64,000 bases of DNA from an uncultured Anaerolineales bacterium (lineage in GTDB: Bacteria > Chloroflexota > Anaerolineae > CG2-30-64-16): positions 9,450-73,449 of the forward strand of contig CAZTMA010000005.1 of assembly GCA_964614645.1 (NCBI GenBank). The letters run 5' to 3'. The position numbers and the translations under genes were made by a program. Shown here one piece after another: positions 17,081 through 26,316 of this stretch. The notes under the pieces were generated by a model. It saw nothing but the letters and a program-made list of their open reading frames with translations, was not told the DNA's origin and made no database searches. Every line of letters starts with the position of its first letter. Position 1 is the first letter of the stretch.

Positions 17081-20000
17081 TTGGAAACGCGCCTGAGCCG
17101 TATCTGTAGCGCCATCATCGAGGCCGGCTGGCTGGCCGCCCTGGTGGTAGCCCCGCTTTTTTTCAATACCTTCTCCAACCGCGTCTTCGAACCGGATAAA
17201 CTCCACCTTGTGCGATCCATCGCGTTGCTTATGGCAGTTGCGTGGGTTATCCAGTTGCTGGACAGCGGGCTGCGGCGAGGCGAGGGTGCGCGCGGGCTAT
17301 GGGAACGCGTGCGCCGGACGCCACTGGTGCTGCCGGCGCTGGTGCTGGTGTTGAGCTACCTGCTCAGCACTGCCCTGTCGGTCGTCCCGCGCATCAGCTT
17401 CTTCGGCTCGTATGTGCGGATGCAGGGCACATTCTCCTACCTGAGTTATGTCGCCATCTTCGTGATGATGCTGACCAATCTGCGCACGCGCGGCCAGGTC
17501 AGCCGCCTGCTGCACACGGTTATCCTGACGAGCCTGCCCATCAGCATCTATGGCATCCTGCAGAACGCCGGGCTGGACCCGCTGCCCTGGGGCGGCAATG
17601 TGCGCGAGCGGGTCGCGGCCAACATGGGCAACGCTATCTTCGTCGCGGCCTATCTCATCATGGCCGTATTCCTGACGCTGGAGCGCCTGCTCAACAGCCT
17701 CACCGCCATGCTCAGCACGGAGCGCGGCGGCCTGAGCGACTCGCTGCGCGCGGGCGGCTATCTGTTCATCCTCGTCGTCCAGCTCATCGCCATCGTCTAT
17801 ACGCAGAGCCGCGGCCCGTGGATCGGCCTGGCTGCAGGGCTGTACGTCTTTGCCATGCTGGGCCTGCTGCTGCTCGCGCGCTGGGCTGTGCAGCGGAAGC
17901 AGGTGCCCTCGGGCCTGGGCTGGCTGACGCGCCACCTGCGGAGCGCGTGGCTGGCCCTCATCGGGCTGACCGTGGCCGGGCTCCTGTTCCTGGTTGCGCT
18001 CAACATACCGAATGGCCCGCTTGCCGCCGTGTGCAACCAGCGTTACGTGGGCCGGCTCTGCACGGTCTTCAGCACGACCGAAGGGACCAACGCGGTGCGC
18101 GTCCTCATCTGGGAGGGCGTGGCCGACATGATGCTGGCGCCGCACGCGCCCATCCAGCGGCCGGACGGCACGCCCGACGCGCTCAATGCGCTGCGTCCGC
18201 TGGTCGGCTACGGCCCCGAATCCATGTGGGTTGTCTACAACCGCTTCTACCCACCGGAGCTGGCACACTATGAGTCGCGTAATGCGTCGCCCGATCGCTC
18301 GCACAACGAGACGTTCGACACGCTCGTGCGCGGCGGGCTGTTCCAGTTCGCGGCCCAGCTAGTCCTCTACAGCGCCATCTTCTACTACGCGCTCCGCTGG
18401 CTGGGGCTGATGCGCGGGGCCAACCGCCGGCGCATCTTCATCGCGTTCCTCGTGGGCGGCGGCGCGCTGGGCGTCATCGTGCCCCTGCTCGTGGACGGCA
18501 GCCTGCGACTGGCCGGCATTGGCCTGCCGGCCGGGCTGATTGCAGGCGTGATGGTGTACGTCACGGTGGACTTGTTGTTGAGCAGCGGGCATGCTGAGGA
18601 AACCGCGACTGCGGACGGAGCGGCTGGCGGCGACCGGCAGTTGTTGGTGCTGGCACTATTTGCGGCCATCGTCGCCCATTTCGTCGAAGTCCACTTCGGT
18701 ATCGCAATTGCCTCGACGCTCACCCATTTCTGGGCTTTTGCGGCGCTGCTCGTCGTCACCGGCATGGGCTGGATCGAAACAGATGCAGAACCGGAACCGA
18801 TCGCTGCACCCCCGGCCGTATTGCCTGCTGAGACGGGCGCCAACGCTGGGCGGACAGGTTCCAGGCGCAAGTCCGCAGCCGCGCGCGCGGCCCAAGCGCA
18901 ACGCCAAGCAGGCAGCACACCCGCGGCCCTGCCGCCGGTGGGGCATCCCTCGCCGCTGCGCCGGTTCCTGCCCTATGCCGGCATCGCCGCGCTGGTCACA
19001 ATCGTGCTGGTCTGGAACTATACCGTCAACCAGACGGGCGCACAGGATGCCCTGACCATCCTGCGCAACGCCTTCACGCTCCGGGTAAGCAACTACCAGA
19101 TCGTCTCGTCGCCGATGCTACTCATTCTGGTGCTCTTCACGTGGCTCGTCGGCGGGATGCTGGCCGTCACAGAAACAGCCGCCGCCACAACACGAGGTGC
19201 AGCTGACAGCGAGCGACCTGCGGTGCGGCTGCCGGTGCTGCTCCTGGCGGCCATCTATGCGGCGGTCGTCATCGGCGTCTTCCTGGTGTACGGCTTGATG
19301 CAGGCCGGGCGGCTCAGCCTCGGAGGGCTGTCGGGCATCGATGTATATCACCGCTACGCGGGGCACATCGTCGTTTTCGACATCGTGCTGCTCCTGAGCG
19401 CGGGCGTTTTGGCCATGACGCTGGCCCTTGCGGGCAGCCGAGCGTCCCGCACTGCGCTATTTGGGCGCTCACCGGTGCTCTCGCTGGGCGTGGGCGCGGT
19501 GCTGGCCGTCCTGGCGCTGCTCGTGGTTGTCAACGTGAACCTACAAACGGTGCAGGCTGACACCTATTACAAGTCCGGCTCAGGCTTCGAGGGGGCGAAC
19601 GACTGGGAAAGCTCGGTCGTGTTGTATCGGCAGGCCTCAACGCTGGAACCGCAGGAGGACTACTACTATCTCTTCCTGGGCCGCGCCCTGCTGCAATTGA
19701 GCCAATACTCGCAGCCGGGCACGCCGACCCTGCCGGAGGACCTGGACCAGACGCCGACAGCCGATCTGCAAGCGCTCATCGAGCGGGGCCTCCGGTCAGG
19801 GACGCGCGAGGATATCCTGCGGTCGGCGCACGCGGCGCTGGTGGCCGCGCGGCGGCTCAACCCGCTCAACACCGACCACAGCGCGAACCTCGCTCGGTTG
19901 CACCGCGCGTGGGCTTTCTCGGATGCGGGCACGGCTGCCAACCTCAACGATCCCAACAGCCTGCGCGAGCTGCTCATCAGCGACCCAGACCTCGTCAATC

Positions 20001-20665
20001 GCGGCCGGCTGGACAACTCGCTCGCCTACTACAACCAGGCGCTTTCCCTCAGTCCGAATAACGCCGGGCTGTGGAATGAGTTGGCGACCGTGCAATTCAT
20101 CCTGAACGATCTCACGGCTGCGCAGGCGACCCTGCAACGCTCGCTCGCCCTGGACCATCAGTTTTCGCCGACCTACCTGTTGCTGGGCGATGTCCTGGAC
20201 GCAGCGGGCGACGCGACCGGTGCGCTGGCCGCGTACCAGCAGGCCGCTGAGCTGGCCCCAAGCAATACGAGCGTCCTGAGCGCCGCGGGCGTAGCCAGCG
20301 CCCGCGCGGGCGCCACGGATGCCGCGGTGGCATCCTTCCGGCGCATCATCCAAATTGAGACGAACGTGCTGGAATCCGCCGCCGCGCAGCTTGATCAGTT
20401 GGATGCGATGGCCGCGACCGCGGGCGGCTATGCCCGGCTCCAGTCAAGCGCGACAAACCGGCAGGGCCTCCTGCAGGGCCAGATCAACAGCCGCCGCTCC
20501 CAGATTGCGTTGAGCTACCGTAACATTGCGCTGGTGCTCAGAGACGCGGGGCGCCTCGAAGAAGCGCTGGCTGCCGCGCGCCAGGCCGCGGAATATGCCG
20601 GCCAGAACGACCTCCCCGCCATCGAACAGTTGATTGCCGAGCTGCAAGAACGGCTGACCCCATGA
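17081..20665 (+). CDS. O-antigen ligase/polymerase-like (Wzy family) membrane domain fused to a long C-terminal TPR-repeat domain.
   Basis: TTG start. About 12 transmembrane segments including the Wzy-like [10 protein letters not shown] segment. TPR-like helical repeats run through the C-terminal ~400 aa. Confidence 0.7.
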   Translation: METRLSRICSAIIEAGWLAALVVAPLFFNTFSNRVFEPDKLHLVRSIALLMAVAWVIQLLDSGLRRGEGARGLWERVRRTPLVLPALVLVLSYLLSTALSVVPRISFFGSYVRMQGTFSYLSYVAIFVMMLTNLRTRGQVSRLLHTVILTSLPISIYGILQNAGLDPLPWGGNVRERVAANMGNAIFVAAYLIMAVFLTLERLLNSLTAMLSTERGGLSDSLRAGGYLFILVVQLIAIVYTQSRGPWIGLAAGLYVFAMLGLLLLARWAVQRKQVPSGLGWLTRHLRSAWLALIGLTVAGLLFLVALNIPNGPLAAVCNQRYVGRLCTVFSTTEGTNAVRVLIWEGVADMMLAPHAPIQRPDGTPDALNALRPLVGYGPESMWVVYNRFYPPELAHYESRNASPDRSHNETFDTLVRGGLFQFAAQLVLYSAIFYYALRWLGLMRGANRRRIFIAFLVGGGALGVIVPLLVDGSLRLAGIGLPAGLIAGVMVYVTVDLLLSSGHAEETATADGAAGGDRQLLVLALFAAIVAHFVEVHFGIAIASTLTHFWAFAALLVVTGMGWIETDAEPEPIAAPPAVLPAETGANAGRTGSRRKSAAARAAQAQRQAGSTPAALPPVGHPSPLRRFLPYAGIAALVTIVLVWNYTVNQTGAQDALTILRNAFTLRVSNYQIVSSPMLLILVLFTWLVGGMLAVTETAAATTRGAADSERPAVRLPVLLLAAIYAAVVIGVFLVYGLMQAGRLSLGGLSGIDVYHRYAGHIVVFDIVLLLSAGVLAMTLALAGSRASRTALFGRSPVLSLGVGAVLAVLALLVVVNVNLQTVQADTYYKSGSGFEGANDWESSVVLYRQASTLEPQEDYYYLFLGRALLQLSQYSQPGTPTLPEDLDQTPTADLQALIERGLRSGTREDILRSAHAALVAARRLNPLNTDHSANLARLHRAWAFSDAGTAANLNDPNSLRELLISDPDLVNRGRLDNSLAYYNQALSLSPNNAGLWNELATVQFILNDLTAAQATLQRSLALDHQFSPTYLLLGDVLDAAGDATGALAAYQQAAELAPSNTSVLSAAGVASARAGATDAAVASFRRIIQIETNVLESAAAQLDQLDAMAATAGGYARLQSSATNRQGLLQGQINSRRSQIALSYRNIALVLRDAGRLEEALAAARQAAEYAGQNDLPAIEQLIAELQERLTP

Positions 20666-21717
20666 CAGCATACCTCCTGATTCTCATCAGCGCCTTGTTC
20701 CTGGCGATTGTGGCGACGCCGGTGGCGAAACGCGTCGCGTACCGGTTCGGCGTCATCGACAAGCCCAATGCGCGGAAGGTTCACAACGTTCCTACGCCGC
20801 TGCTCGGCGGCGCGGCCATCTTTGCGGCAGTGATCCTCGCCCTGGTCATCATGGGCGACCGGTTCTACGCCAGCCAGGTCGCGGGCATCCTCCTGGGCGC
20901 AACGCTGATGTCCTTCATGGGCCTGTGGGACGACCGCCGCGGGCTGAGCCCCTGGATCAAGCTGGCCGGCCAGTGTGGGGCCGCGGCCATCCTGACGGTC
21001 ACGGACGTGCGCATCGGCCTGTTTGCGTGGGAGCCGCTCAACTACGCGGCTACGATCTTGTGGGTGGTGGGCATCACCAATGCGATGAATCTGCTGGACA
21101 ACATGGATGGCCTGAGCGGAGGCATCGCGGCAATTGCCGCGCTCTTCTTCCTGCTGTTCGCCGCGATGAGCCGGCAGTATCTCGTCGGCGCGCTCGCGGC
21201 CGCACTCGTCGGCGCGTGCCTCGGCTTCCTGTTCTATAACCTGAACCCTGCCAGCATCTTCATGGGCGACACGGGCAGCCTGTTTCTCGGCTTCACTTTG
21301 GCAGCCGTCGGCATCAAGCTGCGCTTCCCGGAAAACTCTGTGTTCGTCACGTGGATGGTGCCGCCGCTGGTGCTGGCCGTGCCCATCTTCGATACCAGCC
21401 TGGTCATCCTATCGCGGCTGCGCCGGGGCCTGAACCCGCTGACGACGCCGGGCAAAGACCATCTCAGCCACCGGCTCGCGCGGCTGACGGGCAGCCGTCG
21501 CGAAGCCGTGCTGATGTGCTATCTGTTTGCCTTCATCGCGGGCGTGGTCGCCACCTTTGTAACTCAGGCCAGCGCGCTGGAAGGTTACGCGGTGGGCGTC
21601 GTAATGCTCGTCGCAGGGCTGTATGGCATCTGGCGCATGGAGAAGCTGTTCCGCGGCTGGCTGGCTGCAGATGCACTGTCAGCCCACCAGGCGTCACACA
21701 GCGATACAACAACGTAA
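20662..21717 (+). CDS. Polyprenyl-phosphate N-acetylhexosamine-1-phosphate transferase of the WecA/TagO/MraY superfamily.
   Basis: LWDDRRGL and [12 protein letters not shown] signature motifs. 10-11 transmembrane segments. Confidence 0.8.
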   Translation: MTAYLLILISALFLAIVATPVAKRVAYRFGVIDKPNARKVHNVPTPLLGGAAIFAAVILALVIMGDRFYASQVAGILLGATLMSFMGLWDDRRGLSPWIKLAGQCGAAAILTVTDVRIGLFAWEPLNYAATILWVVGITNAMNLLDNMDGLSGGIAAIAALFFLLFAAMSRQYLVGALAAALVGACLGFLFYNLNPASIFMGDTGSLFLGFTLAAVGIKLRFPENSVFVTWMVPPLVLAVPIFDTSLVILSRLRRGLNPLTTPGKDHLSHRLARLTGSRREAVLMCYLFAFIAGVVATFVTQASALEGYAVGVVMLVAGLYGIWRMEKLFRGWLAADALSAHQASHSDTTT

Positions 21718-21753
21718 TTGTCAGCCTGTATCACTTACATGAGGAGAAGTAAC

Positions 21754-23091
21754 TTGAAGATTCGAATCACCGTTCTGTTTGCTCTGCTGCTGGCGCTAGT
21801 GCTGGCAGCTTGCGCACCTGTACCCACGACACCTGCCGCGCAGGAACCGGCCACGGTCGCGCCGACCGAAGTCGTGGCAGAGATGACGGCCACCCCGCTG
21901 CCCGCGGAAGAGGCTGCACCTGAGGAACCAGCGGCAACCGATGACACGCGGCCCGTTGTGCCCGCGCCGGTGGATGGCGAGCGCCCTCTCGCCGCGCTGC
22001 CTGCGGCGGAGCGCGAGGAACGCTTCAGTGGACCGGCCGAGACTTACGTCAAGCCCGACACGGTCTACATCGCCACGATTGTCACCGCTAAGGGCAACAT
22101 CGTCGCGGAGCTGTACCAGGACACCCCGGAGAGCCTCAACAACTTTGTGACACTGGCGCTGAACGGCTACTACGATGGCCTGACGTTCCACCGGGTGGAG
22201 CCCGGCTTCGTCGTGCAAGGCGGCGATCCGGCCGGCACTGGCATGGGCGGCCCTGGCTACACCATCCCCGCGGAAATTATCCACAAACACCCGCGCGGTG
22301 CGCTGGCCTGGGCCCGCACCGGCGACCAGGTGAACCCGGAACGCCGCTCCAGCGGCAGCCAGTTCTACATCACCCTCGACGTCACCGAATTCCTGGATAA
22401 TGGCTACACGGTCTTCGGCTACGTCGTCGAGGGCATGGATATCGTAGACCAGATTGCCGTCGGTGACACGATCGAGCGCATTGACATCAGCGAGGGCACG
22501 GCCTCACAACTGCCGACGCCCGTACCGACGCCGACCCCCTACGCTCCGACCACTGCAGAGGGTCGCCCGCTGGCGCAGCTCTCGCTGGAAGAGCGCGACG
22601 GCGTTTACAACGCCGCGCCTGAACTGGACCTGGACACGGCCAAGACGTATCAGGCGACCCTCGAGACTGACAAGGGCAATATCGTGATCGAACTGAATAC
22701 CGAGGCCGCGCCCCTGACAGTCAGCAACTTCGTCATGCTGGCAAACCTGGGGTACTATGATGGGATGCCGGTTGCGCACGTGCAGGCCGACACCTACCTG
22801 ATTATCGGCTCGCCTGCGGGCCGGCCCGACAGCGATGTGGGCTACTCGCTCGAAATCGAAGCCGGCGCGGCTGCGCAAGAGGTGATTACCGGCACGGTGG
22901 CGATGTACCCCGTGCCGGACAGCACGGGCGCGCTCAAGGCCAGCGGCAGCCAGTTCTTCATTTCCTTCATGGCGTTGCCGCAGAGCGAAACGCCGCTGGA
23001 TATCTTCGGCGCCGTCGTTGAGGGCATGGATATCGTGCTGCAACTGGGCATCGGCGATCTGGTCAACCAGATTACGGTTACTGAGAAATAA
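21754..23091 (+). CDS. Lipoprotein carrying two tandem cyclophilin-type peptidyl-prolyl isomerase domains.
   Basis: TTG start after GAGGAGA. Signal peptide with lipobox LAAC. Two cyclophilin cores separated by a PTPVPTPTP linker. Confidence 0.75.
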   Translation: MKIRITVLFALLLALVLAACAPVPTTPAAQEPATVAPTEVVAEMTATPLPAEEAAPEEPAATDDTRPVVPAPVDGERPLAALPAAEREERFSGPAETYVKPDTVYIATIVTAKGNIVAELYQDTPESLNNFVTLALNGYYDGLTFHRVEPGFVVQGGDPAGTGMGGPGYTIPAEIIHKHPRGALAWARTGDQVNPERRSSGSQFYITLDVTEFLDNGYTVFGYVVEGMDIVDQIAVGDTIERIDISEGTASQLPTPVPTPTPYAPTTAEGRPLAQLSLEERDGVYNAAPELDLDTAKTYQATLETDKGNIVIELNTEAAPLTVSNFVMLANLGYYDGMPVAHVQADTYLIIGSPAGRPDSDVGYSLEIEAGAAAQEVITGTVAMYPVPDSTGALKASGSQFFISFMALPQSETPLDIFGAVVEGMDIVLQLGIGDLVNQITVTEK

Positions 23092-23117
23092 CCAGCCCTG
23101 GAGAGTTGAGGAGTATC

Positions 23118-23600
23118 ATGGCAAATCGCTATACCAAACCTTTTGAGTTGAAGATTGACCTGAAGAAAAACTATACGGCCACCATCGAGACGAATCGCGG
23201 GGTCATCACCCTGAAGCTGCACGCGACGCAGGCCCCGCGCACGGTCAACAACTTCGTCTGCCTGGCGGAAGATGGTTTCTATGATGGCATCACCTTCCAC
23301 CGCGTCATCAAAGACTTCATGGTGCAGACCGGCGACCCGACCGGCACTGGCCGCGGAGGCCCGGGCTACCAGTTCAAGGATGAGTTCGACCCCAAGCTGA
23401 GGCACGACAAGGCAGGCGTCCTCTCGATGGCGAACGCCGGGGCGAACACCAACGGCAGCCAGTTCTTCATCACCCACATACCGACCCCCTGGCTGGACGG
23501 CAAGCACAGCGTCTTCGGCCAGGTCATCAAGGGCCAGGACGTGGTGGACAAAATCGAGCAGGGCGACGTGATGCTGTCGGTGCGCATCACGGCTGAATAA
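23118..23600 (+). CDS. ppiB: Peptidyl-prolyl cis-trans isomerase, cyclophilin type.
   Basis: 160 aa. [15 protein letters not shown]...GSQFFIT motifs. Confidence 0.85.
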   Translation: MANRYTKPFELKIDLKKNYTATIETNRGVITLKLHATQAPRTVNNFVCLAEDGFYDGITFHRVIKDFMVQTGDPTGTGRGGPGYQFKDEFDPKLRHDKAGVLSMANAGANTNGSQFFITHIPTPWLDGKHSVFGQVIKGQDVVDKIEQGDVMLSVRITAE

Positions 23601-23610
23601 AGGCAACAAC

Positions 23611-23672
23611 GCGGGGGCGAGAGGCGAGCTTCGCCTGCAACCGTGCGAGCGAAGCTCGCCTCTCGCTCCCGC
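23611..23672 (+). terminator. Long GC-rich hairpin after ppiB. There is no T-run.
   Basis: 24-bp arms with one mismatch and a 12-nt loop. Confidence 0.35.
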
Positions 23673-23744
23673 AACACCGGTTTCGTTGGGTGCTGTAGAT
23701 TCCCGAAGCCGGCCGGTGGCACAGGCAGGAACACAAAGCTCGGA

Positions 23745-24404
23745 ATGACGACGAAGGAAGGTTACGCCACGAACGACACCGAACAGCGCAGGCCAACCTC
23801 AAAGGAAGGCAGCCGGCCGGTGTCGCCTGTTACGCGCCGACCGTCGCCCGACCTGCGCCAGGTCTTGCTGCGTGTGCTGGCGTTTCTCTTTGTCGTCGCG
23901 GTCTCCGCGCTGATCTTCATCTACAGCGATCAGCTCGTGCGGCTCGGCGCCTACGGCTATTCCGGCCTGTTCCTGCTCAACCTGCTTGCCAGCGCGACGT
24001 TGATCCTGCCCGCGCCGGGCATTGCGCTGGCCTTCGCGGCCGGCGCCAGCCTCAACCCCTTGCTGGTCGGACTGACGGTCGGCGCAGGGTCAGCCCTCGG
24101 AGAGCTGACAGGCTACCTGGCGGGGTTCAGCGGGCGGGGCATCGTGGAGTCTGACCCACAGTACGAGCGCGTGCACCGCTGGATGGTCACGCGCGGGCTG
24201 TGGGTCATCTTCTTCCTCAGCATCGTACCTAACCCCCTCTTCGATGTAGCAGGTATCACCGCGGGTGCGATGCGGATGCCCGTCTGGAAGTTCCTGGCCG
24301 CCGCGCTGCCGGGCAAGGTCATCAAGGCCACCCTGTTGGCGCTGGCGGGGGCCGGGATGATGGAGGCGCTCAGCCCGGTTATCGAGCGCCTGCTGATGCG
24401 GTGA
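23745..24404 (+). CDS. DedA/VTT-domain membrane protein of the TVP38/TMEM64 family.
   Basis: VTT-domain pattern. Roughly 4-5 transmembrane segments. Confidence 0.65.
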   Translation: MTTKEGYATNDTEQRRPTSKEGSRPVSPVTRRPSPDLRQVLLRVLAFLFVVAVSALIFIYSDQLVRLGAYGYSGLFLLNLLASATLILPAPGIALAFAAGASLNPLLVGLTVGAGSALGELTGYLAGFSGRGIVESDPQYERVHRWMVTRGLWVIFFLSIVPNPLFDVAGITAGAMRMPVWKFLAAALPGKVIKATLLALAGAGMMEALSPVIERLLMR

Positions 24405-24856
24405 CGCCGATGAGTACCTCGCTCGACGCCGCATTTGTCTTCGCCATCCTGGCCTTCCTGCAGCTTTGGGGCGGGTTGGCATTGGGCGCGGGCATCTGGG
24501 GCCGCAAGCCGCTTCCCATCCTGTGGGGCCTGCTCATCGGCGGGGTGCCGCTCTACCTGGGGCTGGAGCGGGGCCTCGTGCTCGGGTCCTGGATCGCGCT
24601 CGCAGCGCAGATGGCCGTCTTGCTGTTGAGCGCGGCCTGGATATTCCTGCGGCCGTCGCGACTACGTGAGGCATTCCTGAAGCCGGGCATGAACACGCTG
24701 ATGATCGGCACCTTCCTCATGACAGGTGGTGCGATCCTCGGCGCACTGTTCTTCCGCCTCGGCTCTGAGCCACTCTCGCTGATTGTCGGCGGGGCAGGTT
24801 TCATCTTCGGCGCCATGTGGTTTGGGGCCGGCATCAAACAACTGCGCGGCAAGTAG
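24401..24856 (+). CDS. Small membrane protein of unknown function.
   Basis: 151 aa, 4 predicted transmembrane segments, GTG/ATG start overlapping the previous stop. Confidence 0.45.
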   Translation: MTPMSTSLDAAFVFAILAFLQLWGGLALGAGIWGRKPLPILWGLLIGGVPLYLGLERGLVLGSWIALAAQMAVLLLSAAWIFLRPSRLREAFLKPGMNTLMIGTFLMTGGAILGALFFRLGSEPLSLIVGGAGFIFGAMWFGAGIKQLRGK

Positions 24857-24886
24857 GCGCTTTGCTTCTTCGATTCGGCAAGAGTT

Positions 24887-25891
24887 ATGTTTGAACTTGT
24901 TTTTCTTGGCACATCTGCCTCCGCACCTTCCGCGCAGCGCGGGCTCTCCGCCGCGATGGTGCTCCATCGCGAGTTCCGCTTCCTCATCGATTGCGGCGAA
25001 GGCACGCAGCGCCAGATTTTGCGCAGCGGCCTGGGCTTCAAGCGACTGGAGCGCATCCTGCTGACCCACGGCCACCTGGATCATATCCTGGGGTTGGGCG
25101 GGTTGGCGTCCACCTTTGGTCGCTGGGAAGCCATCGAGGAGATGGAGATTTATGGCGGCGCGCCGGCGCTGGCGCGCGTACGGGACCTGATGCGCGTGGT
25201 GTTTGGCCCGGCGGAGGCGAAGGTCAACATCGCATACCGCCCTGTGGAGCCGGGGACCCTGCTGGAAGATGAGCTGTTCAAGCTGCGCGCCTTCCCTGTC
25301 GAGCACCGGCGCACAGAGGCGCTTGGCTACAGCTTCGAGGAAAAGGCACGACGGCCCTTCCTGCCGGAACGGGCCGAGGCATTGGGGGTGCCGTTCGGCC
25401 CCATCCGCCGTGACCTGGTCAACGGGCGGCCGGTGACGCTGCCCGATGGCCGCGTGATTCAGCCGGAAGAGGTGCTGGGTCCGGAGGTCAAAGGACTACG
25501 GCTGGTCTTCGTGGGCGATGCGGGCCGAGTAGACAACCTGGTGAGCGAAGCCGCCGGTGCGGACCTGCTGTGCATCGAAGCGACCTACACGCAGGCCGAG
25601 GCGGATGTAGCGGCGGCCTTCGGCCACCTGACCGCACAGCAGGCCGCATGGCTGGCCCGCGAGGCAGGCGTGAAGCAGCTCGTGTTGCACCACATCTCGC
25701 GGCGCTATGGCAGCAAGGAAATCTTCGACGAAGCGACGCAGGTCTTCCCGGACACGATGGTCGCCCGCGATTTCGACCTGTTTCGCCTCGTCAAGCAGAA
25801 GCCGCTGGAGCGCGAGGATGTGCGCCAGCCGCGGGAGGCCGCTGCACAGGCGAACCGGCAGCGCAACGAGGATGCGGGGGCCGGGAGTTAG
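24887..25891 (+). CDS. rnz: Ribonuclease Z or a related MBL-fold hydrolase.
   Basis: [15 protein letters not shown]... with the HxHxDH motif (LTHGHLDHI). Confidence 0.8.
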   Translation: MFELVFLGTSASAPSAQRGLSAAMVLHREFRFLIDCGEGTQRQILRSGLGFKRLERILLTHGHLDHILGLGGLASTFGRWEAIEEMEIYGGAPALARVRDLMRVVFGPAEAKVNIAYRPVEPGTLLEDELFKLRAFPVEHRRTEALGYSFEEKARRPFLPERAEALGVPFGPIRRDLVNGRPVTLPDGRVIQPEEVLGPEVKGLRLVFVGDAGRVDNLVSEAAGADLLCIEATYTQAEADVAAAFGHLTAQQAAWLAREAGVKQLVLHHISRRYGSKEIFDEATQVFPDTMVARDFDLFRLVKQKPLEREDVRQPREAAAQANRQRNEDAGAGS

Positions 25892-25897
25892 CTGCGC

Positions 25898-26140
25898 TCA
25901 GCCGGGCGGCGGGACAGGCAGCCGGTCGGCCGGCGTCTGCAGCCACGGGTCGGCCGCCTCGATGCGCATGTCCGGGATGCCGCCCACGACCGGATATTTG
26001 CGGTTGCAGCCCGGCTCCTGGCATACAAGCCAGGCATCCTTGACCACTACAACACGGCCGGGATCCCCACCGGTCGCCCGCGTTGCGCCTGTGACGCAAT
26101 GCGGGCAGCGCAGGATTTCGAGCAAGTCTTGCGGAATCAC
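25898..26140 (-). CDS. Trm112-family small zinc-binding protein.
   Basis: LLEILRCPHC...L.C....C..KYP...GIP.M pattern. Confidence 0.7.
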   Translation of the reverse strand: MIPQDLLEILRCPHCVTGATRATGGDPGRVVVVKDAWLVCQEPGCNRKYPVVGGIPDMRIEAADPWLQTPADRLPVPPPG

Positions 26141-26176
26141 ACTCTCTCCTCATGAACTTTCAGGTTATCAGGCCGA

Positions 26177-26205
26177 ACCATACTTGTGCCCGCAGGATTT
26201 GTCAA
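26177..26205 (-). promoter_or_regulatory. Sigma70-like promoter for the Trm112 gene on the minus strand.
   Basis: Read on the minus strand: TTGACA, 17 bp, TATGGT. Confidence 0.35.
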
Positions 26206-26218
26206 GAGCGGTAAGAGG

Positions 26219-26300
26219 CTCACGCAAAGACGCAAATGAGACCTTCGAGGTCTTAAGCGAGCCGGAGGTTCGCCCGAGACCTCGAAGGTCTTTGCGTGAG
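26219..26300. repeat. Complex nested inverted repeat.
   Basis: Outer 13-bp stem CTCACGCAAAGAC/GTCTTTGCGTGAG encloses two inverted copies of AGACCTTCGAGGTCT. It lies immediately 3' of the repeat-protein gene. Confidence 0.6.
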
Positions 26301-26316
26301 ATAACATGTCACACGC

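Noticed and set aside
23643-24404. Long form of the DedA ORF starting at 23643.
   Set aside because: Its first ~35 codons overlap the ppiB 3' hairpin and encode Arg/Ser-rich sequence. The internal ATG at 23745 gives a normal DedA N-terminus.
26214-26300. Possible tRNA-Sec (selC) in the structured spacer, considered because selB is present.
   Set aside because: No 8/5 acceptor/T-stem cloverleaf, no GTTCRANYC T-loop and no UCA anticodon loop. The structure is a symmetric inverted repeat.
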